From: Klebsormidium nitens
Lineage: Eukaryota > Plantae > Klebsormidiophyceae
Direction of reading: 5' to 3'
DNA length: 64,000 nt
NCBI GenBank assembly: GCA_000708835.1
Contig: DF237171.1
Coordinates: forward strand, 1 to 64,000
The notes beneath the pieces are model-generated. The model was given only the letters and a program-made list of their open reading frames with translations. It made no database searches and was not told the DNA's origin. A program made the translations under genes and the position numbers. Positions 1 to 12,024 of the stretch are shown here, piece after piece. The first letter of the stretch is position 1; each line of letters opens with the position of its first letter.

Positions 1-1514
1 GTAGATGTACGGTATAGAGTGAAATTTTCGGACTTACTAGGTGACGGTCCACTGAGCCTACTAGGCTAGAGTGTAGACCTAAAGATAGGCCGTGACTCGG
101 AACACTCCATATACATTGTGTGAACTTGATTGATTGAATATCACTTCCAACAACGCTGTGTTTCAACAGGTTTTGCAAATATTACGATTTTTATTGTATC
201 GTCGGTCTATAAAACTTTGAAGATCTTGAACGACGCAGCCGTTGTACGGTTGGAGCCCGGCCATCATTATGGATAATTGAGTAATGAAGTGCCTCTTTTG
301 AACCTTAGATCGGCCCACATAGGCAGCACAAACTTTTAGTAACCATTTTACCATTGTCAAGAGGCTCGTACAGCTCTAAATACGACAATGATTCAATTTT
401 CAAACTTCAGTGCTCTCAGTGCACTCAGTGAGAACACTCAGCGACTCTCACGAGAGCACTGGCATATGGAATTTGTGGAAGTTGGTGGTTGAGTGTTGGC
501 GAAATGTAGTAAGCTGTTGTGAAGTGTGACAGCCTAGTCATATCATGCCGGCTGACCGGACCCTCAGACAGTGGTTTGCGTGAAACTTGTCCGCAGCAAC
601 TTTGGCGCATTTCGCCAGTCACGCGAGGTTGAAACTCCGATCGCCGTACACAAAAATACCCAAGACCCCCCAAAAACAGATTCATTTGCAATTGGCATTG
701 GCAGCATACGGGTTGTATACAAGCAGCAAAGACGCTGAAGCTTCATGGTGGGGGGCCATATCTTCCAACTTCGTGCCACAACGAACGAGCTCTCAAGATT
801 GCGGAAAGGCAATTCCGACGTACCGGACTTCGAGGGGACATGTTTCTGGCACGCATGTTTTTGTAATGTAAGTTGAGGCAGCTGAAAGATCTGGCGATAT
901 TCTAGAGGTATTCTAGAGTCACCCCTTGAAAGGTGGCATTCACGTCATCCAAGGATGATCCACGATTCTACCAGATGAGTCCGCTCAAACGGACTCAGAC
1001 TTAGTTTGGCTGTGTTTGACGTAAATGTGCGTCAATTAGCTGAGCTCTACAATCGGGCCCAACGGACATGAAAGTAGTAGATGAGATGAAATAAAAGCTA
1101 GCTAGTACAGAGCGACCAACTAATATCATAGTGAGTTTCGGTCTTACAGTGCCCGGTCCGGTTTTACCCTTTAGCATTGCTAGGTTACATGGCAGTCAAG
1201 GTGGACACATGTAAAATGTGAAGGTGCACATTAGTAGTTACATGTTGGCACATACCGTGCATGGCATGTACACGCGGCCAATCAATCGGGTGACGCAACA
1301 TTCAATGCAAGCAATCAAGCTGATGTTGCTTCTCTACTCTTGTTTTACAACCATTTGTTCACTTGTGTAAGCCGCTCAGTATGGCCTAAAAGAAAAAAGA
1401 TTTCGTTGATTTGTCAAAATCACCACGAAGTATCCACCATGTACAATAGTCCATCCACGAACCCCAAATATTAGTTCTCGTGACCGGACAGGCCTACATG
1501 TTGTTGCGTTACGG

Positions 1515-4500
1515 TTAATCAGCTGCCAACGACCTTTGGTCGGAGAAAAATTTGAGGAAGGCCTCCCACGTGATTTTACCGGCACCTGCACAAATAAAGG
1601 GAGCCTCAATGAATGGATGCGCTGTATGTAGCTCCAACCTAGACAGGGTTATGACTACCTAAATGCCGCAAGGCTTGAACAAATCTGTACGCGTAGACAG
1701 AGTCGATTCAGAAACGCATGCACACAAACAAACTGAGAAAGTCTCGTAGTTAGAGGACTGCTCTAGCGTTGTTCAATACCATGGCTTTCCATACAAGCTT
1801 GTCGGGGCTTGAATAGTAACGGCCTTCGAGTGACTTCATCCTTCAAAGACCCGGCAGTGGGCGGTGAGGATGTGCAGGTGGGCTCATTACGCACTTGCTG
1901 GCAACCTATCGAGGGGGCTAAGGAGTTGTCCAGACGCATGCGTGCCTCGTAATGCTCACCATCGGCGTCGATCCTGTTGAAGACCGCCTCGAAGCTTTCC
2001 CGCTTGCCGTCCTTGCCCTTTTGCCGAGACAGTTGCATGAAAGCCGCAATCTGCACAAGGCACACGCAAGTGTGTCATGGACGAGGCGAACTCAAGGGCG
2101 CCACTTGAAGCGCTGACCGCCGGCCGCTGCCATAGACTGCGGAAAACCCCTAGGAAGAGCAAGACCAAGTGTACGAGGTTGCGACAGGGCAGCAACTGGC
2201 CCCCACAGATGGCACCGTGGTCGGGCTTGTGAATTCATGCATGCGTAAGATCCCCCCGGATGGCGTGCACCCCCAAGCTGAGCGGTTGAGTGCGGGTGGG
2301 GCCGCGGGTGGCGGGGCTCACGTCCTTGTCCTTCTTCATGGCGGCCATGAGGTCCTTCTTGCTGATGGCCCCGCTGCGCGCGGTGTCGATCTTGTGGAAC
2401 ATGTCCAGGAAGCGCTTGTACTCCTTCACGCTCACGCCCGCGGCCGCTGCCAGCGAGCGCAGGTACGCCCCGTCGCGGGCTCCCTGGCTGGCCGTGCGCA
2501 GCGCCGCAAACGCCGTGCTCAGCTGCTCCAGCGCCCTGCCATCGCCGGGGAGAGAGGACAGGCTCAGGGCTGGAAGGAATTTAAGGGCCGACCAATGTTT
2601 GTCAAGGATGGCCGGTGGAAATTACACTCTGACTGATGTAAGGATGTAAGGAAAAAGGGAATCCGAGAGGGTCCCAAACGGGTTCCCAGTATTCAGATGC
2701 GAGCAGGCTCCGAATTAAGGGTAGAAACAGCCAGTTTGTGAGAGCTAGGAGGTCTCCCAACGAGGCGCGGTGGGCAATAAAAGAGTGCAGGTAAAGCTGT
2801 GCAGACCTGATGATGTAAGGTCTATTTCTGCAAGACCAAGCGAATCTCATTGTAAAGGTCTGTTACCAAGCCCATCAACGAAGCGTCGGAAGGGTCGTGG
2901 CCTGGACTTGAGGTTGGTCCTGCCAATGCTAGCTGGCAACTCCTGGAACGTTCCCTTTCTAACACGCGGAGCCCCAGGCCGACATGCAATGCCCCTGCCT
3001 CCTGTGCGCAAGGCAGTCGCAGTTCGTGATGGGGCCTGCGTCCTTGTCATCCTCACTGCCCGTCTCACCTGGCGTGGTACGCAACGGTGGAGTGCAGGTA
3101 CTGCTCGATGAGCTGCTGGTACGGCTCAAACGCGTCGCCCTGGTCCCCGGGCCACCGCGGCCGCCACGCGTCACCCACCGCCAGCGGGGCGCCCTCCACG
3201 GCGGCCGCAGCACTGCCGGGGGGGACCTAGGGAAGGGCGACGACAAAAGAGCAAGATGAGTCACGCAAGACGCCGGTGCTGCGGGGATGCAAAAAGGCAG
3301 CAAGCCGGTGGCGGTCTGCGGGAGCCACTCTTGGCAAGATGAGAACCCGTGACTTGAGCGTGGGCACAGCACGAGAGGGCAGCGGAGGCTGCCCCACTCA
3401 AAGCGGGAACACACTGAGTGAGAGCTGCTGACAGATCCAAGCGCTTCCCCAGTATAGAGCAGAGCTGGTTGCAGACATGGCTCTCTGTGCATCCATCTCA
3501 GGGCAGGGCTAGCTCCTGGCCTGACCGCAGCCGCCGCTGACTCCTCCAGGACGAGCGGCCCAGTTGCACATGGAGGGCCAGCCTAATGAACACTCTTTCG
3601 AGAAGTTGCCTGTGCTGACAGTCTTGCCGCGTTACCTTGATGACGCCCTTGTTCCCAAACAGCAGCAACGAAGCGTCCAGCGCGGCCCGGTTGCGCTCGG
3701 TCATGAACTCGCGCAGCTCCTGGTCCGCAATGATGGCCTCCGCGGCCGCCAGCAGCGCCGCCACCTGCTCCTGCTTCTCCGCCGCTGCCTGGTCGCCCTC
3801 CGGCACGATGGCCGCCTCCAGGCGCGCCGCCTTCTGCACCGCGCTCGACAGGTCCACCGTATTCTTGCGCACCCCTGCAGCAGGCAGCACACGTTGAGGG
3901 GGGAGCACGCAGCAGAGCCAGCCTAGGCGCTCCAACAGAATGAGCTTGAAGGGGAAGAGCTTGTGCCGCAATGATCAGGTCAAACGACGACGGGTGCTTT
4001 GCTTCCCGTGGGTCTCCTGGAGGGCTTGCGCCTAGCACAAGCAGTGCCTCTTGGTGTGCGGGCCCCTCTCTATGCTCCTCCCTCATGCTGTGCACGCTGG
4101 CAGCATCAGCGCTGCCAAGGATGCAGGGGGGCAGGGCAGGGTGACTCGCTACAACTGCTCAGTGGCGCACTACACAAGGCGTCTGCGAGCAAGGTCAGCG
4201 AGCATCTGTGAGCTACCACCGGACCTCTCGCTTTGAGCCCCAGCTTGGGACCACCTGGCGGCGCTGCCTTGGCTCCAGCTGGATCAAGCATGCCGCACCC
4301 AACTTCAAGCTTGCAGAATGCTTTTGGCTCTGCACCCTCGCTGGGGGAAGTCTGCAGCGCACCCCAGGCCCGGTGCGCCGCTCCTCCTCTAGCAGGCCCC
4401 CAGTGAGGCAGCCCCTGCCTGCCTGCATTGTGCGGTCAGTGTGGAGTGTCATGAAGGGAGCCAGGTGGCGCACTCACTGTCCGTGTCGTTGGTCCACTCC

Positions 4501-4568
4501 TCCAGCGCCCGCCTCAGCCGCCGCACGGCCTTGCTGCGCCGCTTGCTGGGCTGCACCGCGGCCCCCAT
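1515..4568 (-). CDS. Spliced gene for a protein with a C-terminal EF-hand pair (~287 aa) and possible N-myristoylation
   Basis: Six frame-consistent GT-AG exons: 4568-4478, 3874-3636, 3226-3069, 2535-2322, 2050-1960, 1585-1515 (864 nt, ends TAA). EF-hand-like segments FHKIDTARSGAISKKDL and FNRIDADGAGKITWEAF, the second completed across the last intron. N-terminus MGAAVQPSKRRSK; a second in-frame ATG lies at 4592. Confidence 0.8.
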
Positions 4569-6105
4569 GGGGGCACACCCAATGGCTTCCATGCGAACGC
4601 TTCCCGATTGCGGACTGCTCTATCCAGCACTCACTGCAGTGCCCCAGACCACAATCCCCTGATCCACAATGCCGCCAGGATCAATATGGGCAATGCTGTG
4701 GTCCTGTGAGCAATGCTGCGGGCCTCAGCTTAGCGGCTGTGTTGGCAATCAGGCCTGCCTGAGCCGACAGAACCCCGTGAAGAATCCTGGAACCAAGCAG
4801 GCAAATCTGAGCGCCTCTTGCGATCCCGGCCGTGAACACCGTCCCCCATGTACCAGGCATCAAGCTTCGTCGGTAGGCTAGCGAGTGTGATTCTGTGCGT
4901 CATGCACAGACGCAGACTTTCTTGGCCGCGCGCTGGCTGCATCTTTTCTAGCAGCTTGAGCAGAGTCTGCAGCCAAGGGAAAACACTCCCAGCCTGCATG
5001 GTTCACAGCATCCACAAGGCCTCACTCTGGGAAGTGTCTCGGTACTACCCTAGCGGGACCCTATCATAGGTAATAGTCCTTGATATGCATGGGCCCATTT
5101 GTATGCATGGAGTCTGGCACCGCCTCGGCAGCACTAGCTGCGCCCTAATAGCCGCCGCTTCGTGGAAAACCCACTGCGACATCAGAAAACGCGCGCACCT
5201 AATAGGTTCAGGTAGGGAATTGCGTACCTAGCTACGACGGTACGTACGTCGATCGTCCATTTCTCAGGTGAAACCAATGATTTGCCATCCACGAAAGCCG
5301 GAAATTGGCCCCCCTATATGTCGAAGTGGCTACAGCAGACGCGACGAGGGCGGGAATAGGAACCAGGGTGGTCACCGGGGCACTCTTTTGATCGGACGGA
5401 TGAAAGGGCCGCGAAAACTGAATCTGGACGGTCAGATTTGAGCACTTGGCAGATCGATGGCCTCGAACAAACGAGAGCAGGCCAGGACCTGGCTACCGAT
5501 GAACCTATGGCAAAATTCAAACCCGGCTCCGAGCCTTACGGATGCAGGTACGTACCGTGCATTGTTGACATGAGGAGTTACTCCAGGCGGTAGTACTATT
5601 GACCAGCCACTTGATGACCCAGTGACGCGATGTGCATGCTAGAGCAGTAGGCTGTAGGCTGTAGGAAGCGTGCTGGAGGGTGGCCGTCACCATGGCGGAG
5701 GGGCGAGATCTAGGTAGAGCATTCGCATTCGCAGCTCTCGTGCAGGAAGCATCGTAAAAAGGTCTTACAGCTAGTAGTAGCAGATCCAAGGTCTCTGGGG
5801 GACTGGCTTAGCAGGTAGGAATAGGTCAACAGGATCGGTCCACGTAGGAGATCTGCAACCTGCTCTGGCAACCCAATGCTCACTCCAGATCCTGAGGTCA
5901 AAATCTGTTTCTGGTCTGCTTCTCCCCCTAAGCAGCAGCAGCACCTGATAGTTCTGGACGTCGAGATGAGCCCTTTAGCTGGCCCTTGCTGCATGGTGCT
6001 ATGGGTCGTGGCTAGCTGCTGAGTTAGCAACAAGCTTTGACACCATTTGGTGTCCCGAGCATCAGAAGTCTGTCCCATTGTTACTGGATCCTAATACAGG
6101 CAGCT

Positions 6106-9100
6106 ATGTCATTTGAGGGTCAGGAGCCACTGATGGAGGAGCAGCAACAGATTGGTGGAGATCAGCAGGGGGAGAGAGATGCATCATTGGCCACAGCAGG
6201 GCGCAGTAACTACACCATAGGCACAAATGCTGGGTGAGTAATGGATCTGAAGACACTCAGTGACCCTTTATGCTGTATTTGGAGCATGGTTTGCAATGTG
6301 GTACTTGGAACAAATCCGGAGCCTCATTCCACTTTTCACCAGGGCACAGTATGCAATGCTGCAACTTGTATGCTGGAGCAGCTTTGAACAAGTCATGTAC
6401 CACAGCAAGGTATCGGTCAGAAGCAATGCATGGATCCCATTGCATTTCCTCCTTTCTGCAGTGCTTGCATCAAAGACGCAAGATATGACCATCCAAAATA
6501 CCTCAAGCATGCAAGTTGGACAGATTAGGAATGCTGTCCTCATCCTCCTCTTTTTAGATGCTGGAAATGTTGGAGCAGATGTATGTGATGAGCTTTGAAC
6601 CAGAGGATCTTCTGGTCACATTTTAGGCTATCATCAAGTTGCTTTCTGTTCTAACACTTCTTCTTCTGCTTTTCCAGAGGAAAGGTTTTTGTTGGAGGTC
6701 TGTCATGGGACACAACTACAGGTGAGGTTTTTGAACAAGACCTTCTATTTGTTGATTCTATCACCCAGTCAGGCAATCCAAGACAAAGCTGATTGGACTA
6801 CCCAATATTGATAGGCAGGAAAATGAGGCCAATCCTTAACTGTTCTGTAAGATGCACGAGTGCTGATTTTCTGGCAATCAGCAGTCTTAGCATTTTGCTG
6901 ATAAAACTTGAAAGCTGATATCGCCAATCCTGCACTCCTTTGGTTTGTATCTGGGAGTAGCACTTCCTGTCTGGATGTCATCGTTCGCACAGAAAGAATC
7001 TGAATCCTCAGGAGCATGGATCCTGGAATTGGTTCCCTCAATTGGCAAAGTAGGTTGTAAGTGCAAGCATTGCATGGGAATTGCACTGTTTGGGGACAAG
7101 AATGTCTCTGCTATCAAATGACAGTGGACACGTCCTGCTGTTGCGCCCTTGCTTGCAGCCATTGCTCTTTTTGTGCCCAAGAGCGGCAGCTCATCTTCTT
7201 TCATTTCCTTCCCGACAGAGACTCTGACAACTCATTTCAGTGCATTCGGGAAGCTGACTGACTCGGTGGTGATGAGGGACCGTCAAACGGGGAACCCGCG
7301 CGGCTTTGGATTTGTGACCTTTGCAGATGCATCAGTTGCTGACAGGGTTGTTCAAGAGCAACACATCATAGATGGGAGAACGGTGAGCCGCATGCTCCGT
7401 GAACTCCGTGTCATCTGCAAAGTGCTTGTGGAAGTTGTAGCGCTCCGTCCTCGAACCCCTCTTGCATAATCTGCATTTATCATGGCAGAAATAGTTGTCT
7501 GTTGGACAGCCTTGAATAAGTCCAGGCCAATATGTACCCTTGAACAACATAGCCTCTGATCGTATCCATCCTCAAGCTCTGGCCGCTGCTTCACCTAAGG
7601 CTCAACGGCCCATCTGCAAGCATCCCAGCTTGGCTGAGTCTAACCTGACTCTTTAATGTCAGTCCACCTTTTTGCATCGCTTAATGATAAGCTTAGCTGC
7701 CCTCTGCAGAACAGCTCTTGCTTTCATTCAACCTGACTGCTCCCATGTGCGTAGGTCGATGCAAAGAAGGTGGTGCCGCGTGAGGCGATGACTGGCCCCA
7801 GGACGAAGAAGATCTTTGTGGGGGGGCTGCCAACCACTGTCGAGGAAGGTACGTATTTCCTACTTTTGCCGGAAGGTTGCCCCATTTGCGCATCCCAGAC
7901 CATGTGGGGCCCATCTTTTTGCCCTGTAACACGCCTCTTCCCACCTTTCCCCTGAGCATCCCTCGTTGCCAGCAGATTCAGCAGGTTCCGACGGTGGCTC
8001 TGCATTACCCACAAGTCGTCTGATCAAGCAGAAAAACCGGGTGTTCAAGAAGGCATCATGTCAGCTTAGCTTTGCTTACAGCATACAAGTCTGCGAGCCC
8101 GCATGGACAGCGAACACAGTGCAGCCTCTTTGCCCCTGCCTCTGCCAGTGCCTCATACTGTACCTTCCCTCTGCAGAGGAGCTGCGGCAGAACTTTGCCA
8201 GCTATGGCAACATCACCGAGGTCCAGATCATGGTTGACAGAGCCACTGGCCGCTCCCGGGGCTTTGGCTTTGTGACCTTTGAGAACGAGGCCTGCGTCGA
8301 GCGCGTGCTGTCTCAGGGCCGGCTGCACGAGGTGGCGGGGAAGATGGTAAGCGCCGCCACGCAGCTCAATCGCAGCCGGAGGAGCAGCGGATGACAGCGG
8401 CTTCGAGCGCACCTTTAGCCGAGTGCAACTGCGTCTATGTCCCGAGTTGCTGGCTTTGCAGAGGTGCCAAAAATCCTGAAAGGGAAAAGGCAATCAGGTG
8501 TTACACAGTTGTCAAGTTCATCGTCAATCAGATTAGGTTGATCAAAAGGTGGAGAAGAACCGTGGACGCTTTTGTGTATAAGGCCATGCACCTTGGTTCC
8601 TTGCTACATCGTTTTGTGTACGCACGCCTTGGCCATTTCGTAAAACGATGAGCCCCCTTTGAAACAGGTGGAGGTGAAGAAAGCGGAGCCCAAACGACCT
8701 CCCGAGGTGCCCCCCATCAGCACCCCCTCGTACGGCTATGGCCTGGGAGCATATGGAGGCGGCAGCGGCTATGGGAGCAGCAGAGGGGTAGGCGCTTACC
8801 CCAGCAGCCGCATGGGCTACGGCGGGAGGCTGAGCTACGGGGCAGGCGGGGGAGGCTACGGCGGCGCTTATGGTGGGGCAGCCGCGGGCTACGGCAGCAC
8901 GTCCGGCGGATATGGCAGCGCATATGCCTCAGAAGGCTATGGCAGCAGCAGTCGGACGGCTTACTCGGGGTACGGGGGAAGTTCATTAGGAGCCGGATAT
9001 GGGGGAGGGTCGATGGCCGGATATGGTGGCGGGTATGGTTCTTATGGCGGTGGCTATGGAGGAATGGGCGGCTATGGCGAGAGTTATGCAAGTGGAACCT

Positions 9101-9249
9101 ACGGCAGTGGGGAGAGTTACGGCAGTAGCTATGGTTCCGGAACCAGGGGCGGGTATGGAGGCGCCTCCGGGTCGGGCTCTGGTGGGCAGATGGGAGGGGG
9201 CAGCTCGAGAGGCGACAGTCGATACTATCCCTACCGAGGAGGGCAGTAG
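6106..9249 (+). CDS. hnRNP A/B / Musashi-like RNA-binding protein: two RRMs plus Gly/Tyr/Ser-rich tail (~393 aa)
   Basis: Exons 6106-6233, 6678-6721, 7219-7382, 7755-7848, 8177-8346, 8668-9249. RNP2 motifs KVFVGGL and KIFVGGL; RNP1 motifs PRGFGFVTF and [12 protein letters not shown]-rich low-complexity C-terminus ending [10 protein letters not shown]. An acceptor just upstream of the ATG (atacag, ending 6099) implies a 5'-UTR intron. Confidence 0.92.
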
Positions 9250-11693
9250 GCAACGTGGCGCGCGTGTAACTAGGACGGATGACTGTTCGCTTGAAAGGGG
9301 CGCACGTTTGATGGTGTCAGATTTAGGGTCGCAGAAAAGGATTGGTGATCAGATCTTCCGGCGCAAGCCTCACAATTAGGTGCTGGCTCTTCCAGAAGCA
9401 GCGCAGCAGCGAGCAATATCAGGCACCTCATTCCACAAAGGGAGCTACTAGGCTAATCAGATGAAGCACGACCAAGCTGGGGCGGCCCGTTCATATGACT
9501 GATGGCTGCAGTCACGATGAGCTCCGGGTGGGGCAATGGTTCCGACAGGTGGGCCTGACTTTGTGTCTCGATAGTTAGGACACCCGTCAAAGGGACAGGT
9601 CACTCGCTGAGCTCCTTGTCGGAATTATGTGCACCCTGGAACACCGCCGGCATAGTTAGACAGACTGCTTACCCTAGGCCGACATTGGTAGAGAGCGTAG
9701 CAAAATAAGGCGGCTTTAAGAAGGATGTTAAGCTCGCTCATACTGGTGCCGGGGATGGCAAAGATGCTTCAGCGTCAAACGGCTAACAGGTGGACGTCTT
9801 TGCAAGTTTGCTTTTGCTTTAAATAGGACAGGTATAAGCACATAGATACAGGTCTTTTTCCGGGGTTCCTTATGTGATTCTTTCAGGATAAGCGTCCTCT
9901 TTAGTTGATATTGCGCCATTTTTTGTTAGAAAGCTTCCTAGCTTAGTCAAAAACTTTTTGAGAGCTGTTGTGCCCAATGCTCTAAGATTTGAGTCTCAAG
10001 TTTATCTAGGCCACTAGCTGTTTCTTGCTACAATCATTGAAGTATCCAACCTAGCAGTCCTCGGAACAGGGTCGCATGCTCAAGCCTTCCGAATCTCAAT
10101 CTTTTTGGATCAATGGTCTCTTGCTAGTGACTTGCCGTTTATACGAATGGCAGAGCCGAAAGCATCCTCACCACTTGCGGCCCACAAGATAGCAAGAACG
10201 ATTCTATCTGAAGAACAAGTCAGATACTTGTTCCGTCTTCCATGCTTCATAAATTAGCTCTCGGATATCGGGCATGGTGATTATACTACGAGAACCATGA
10301 ATGGTTCACTGCATGCCAGAAAGCAGAGATGGACGCCCTGGTACACAAGATCATGCAGCTGCAATGCTAGCTTGAGATGACGCCCAAATCCATGAAAGGT
10401 CATAACTGACTACACTGTAGCCAGTTTTGAGTCCTTTCCTACTGCTTTTCATTTGAATTGCAAACCTAAGCTCTACTTTGGCTAAGTCCCTAGAAACGTG
10501 TCCAGCGACTCCCACAAGCTTTGCCCAACAGAGCTACCGCAGACGGAGGTTTGCGTAAGATTCTAGGCATGTGACACGCAGAATGGGTTGCAACAGCAGC
10601 CGCAAAGCCTGTACGGTATCAATGCAAGGTCAAAGCCAACAAAACCACAAGTTATTTTATCTTTAATTACGGATTGTATGTATGCACACATGCATGCAAT
10701 CGACCACATTGTTAGCAACGGGTTGTAGATCGGACATGATTCTTCGCGAATCAAAAAGCTGCATAGCCATGTGCAATCATTGATCGAATAATGAATCAAG
10801 ACTTCATTTGCATAATCTACTGATACAAAGTTGGATCAGCTTTGAATGATTGGTAACTTCGTGCATGGAATTGAGTTGCATTTCTCACACGGAGGTCTGC
10901 AAAATCTGCATTCATGATAACCCAGATGTGAAGTTTTGGACCGTTCCACCACATAGTACAAGTCACCGTGCGCTCATCATACTCGATTGAAAGGTGGACG
11001 GCCACGTACAAAATGCTGTCTAGGATCGACATGCATGCGTATACTAATGCATGTGCAGCCCGGGTCGGAAGCAATCAAAGTTTGACAATGGCCCTTCAGA
11101 AGCGTCTCTGCTGCATTGATCGGGAGCGGCTGCGCTTGTAGGTAGGTAAGATTGTGTGACCTAGCACTTGCAACCTTCTTTTCTTGCCGCCGCTGCCCCC
11201 TTGCTCCACGAGAGCGTGGATCCGGTCGGATCGGACCTACCGTAGGTATCCGGAGCCATAGGCCCATAGGGATGTTCAGCCGACGGAGACAAATGTTGCT
11301 AAAACCCAAAATCCAAATTTGAATTTGAATCCAAGCCTCCACACCTGGAGATTTGTGTTCGAAACGCCGGGAGTCAAGATGGAACGGCGATACCGCATGA
11401 GACGGGTAGGCAGGATTCGGCAGCGGACTGTCCTCTCTAGCTTGATCACGTGGCAGACAAACGGCCGGGGCCCCAGTACAATTATGGGTGGCGGGCGGGC
11501 CAGCCGGCCGCGGCCCCCAGCCTGCCCTGCTGGTTCTAGCCTAGTACGTCACGGTCGAGTATTTGAGTGCGGGCCGCGACGCGGCCGCCCACGGGCCGGC
11601 GGGCGGCCGCCGGGACCCCAGAGACCGCCACGTGGATGTGGACATATGATCACATGCCGGCAGTTATGTGGACATCCAATGAGGCTCCAGAGT

Positions 11694-11723
11694 CCCGAGT
11701 CCCGACTCCCCGAGTCCCGACTC
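11694..11723. repeat. Short tandem repeat, 2 x 15 bp (CCCGAGTCCCGACTC)
   Basis: Two perfect adjacent copies at 11694-11708 and 11709-11723, preceded by a partial copy. Confidence 0.8.
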
Positions 11724-12024
11724 CTGAGCAGAACTTCATTAGTTTGGGAACTCCCTTCAATTTTCGGTTGCTATATACCATGCCAGAACTCTAAAATAGG
11801 AAGGAGCACGGCTGCACTGCTGAGTTCAACTGCATTGCAACTTTAAGGTTGCACATGATGCAGGACCTAAAGCTTGCATAACTGAAACTACAAACAGTTC
11901 TCCTCTTCAACCAGTGGCAGTCCATTGGCCCTCCACTTTAAGCTGATAAGTGGAAGCTGCCAATTGCAAGCGATAGCTGGCCCCTCTCAAGCCAAGCTGC
12001 CGCGCATCACTCCGCTGAGCTCCA

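Noticed and set aside
163-871. Short ORFs at the window start
   Set aside because: No motifs, intergenic-like composition and no supporting splice structure.
6260-6598. 112-aa ORF inside intron 1 of the RRM gene
   Set aside because: No recognisable motif, non-ATG start, and it lies wholly in an intron with good GT-AG ends.
6585-6660. TGATGA (box C-like) in RRM intron 1 as a possible C/D snoRNA
   Set aside because: No CTGA box D or terminal stem at a suitable distance.
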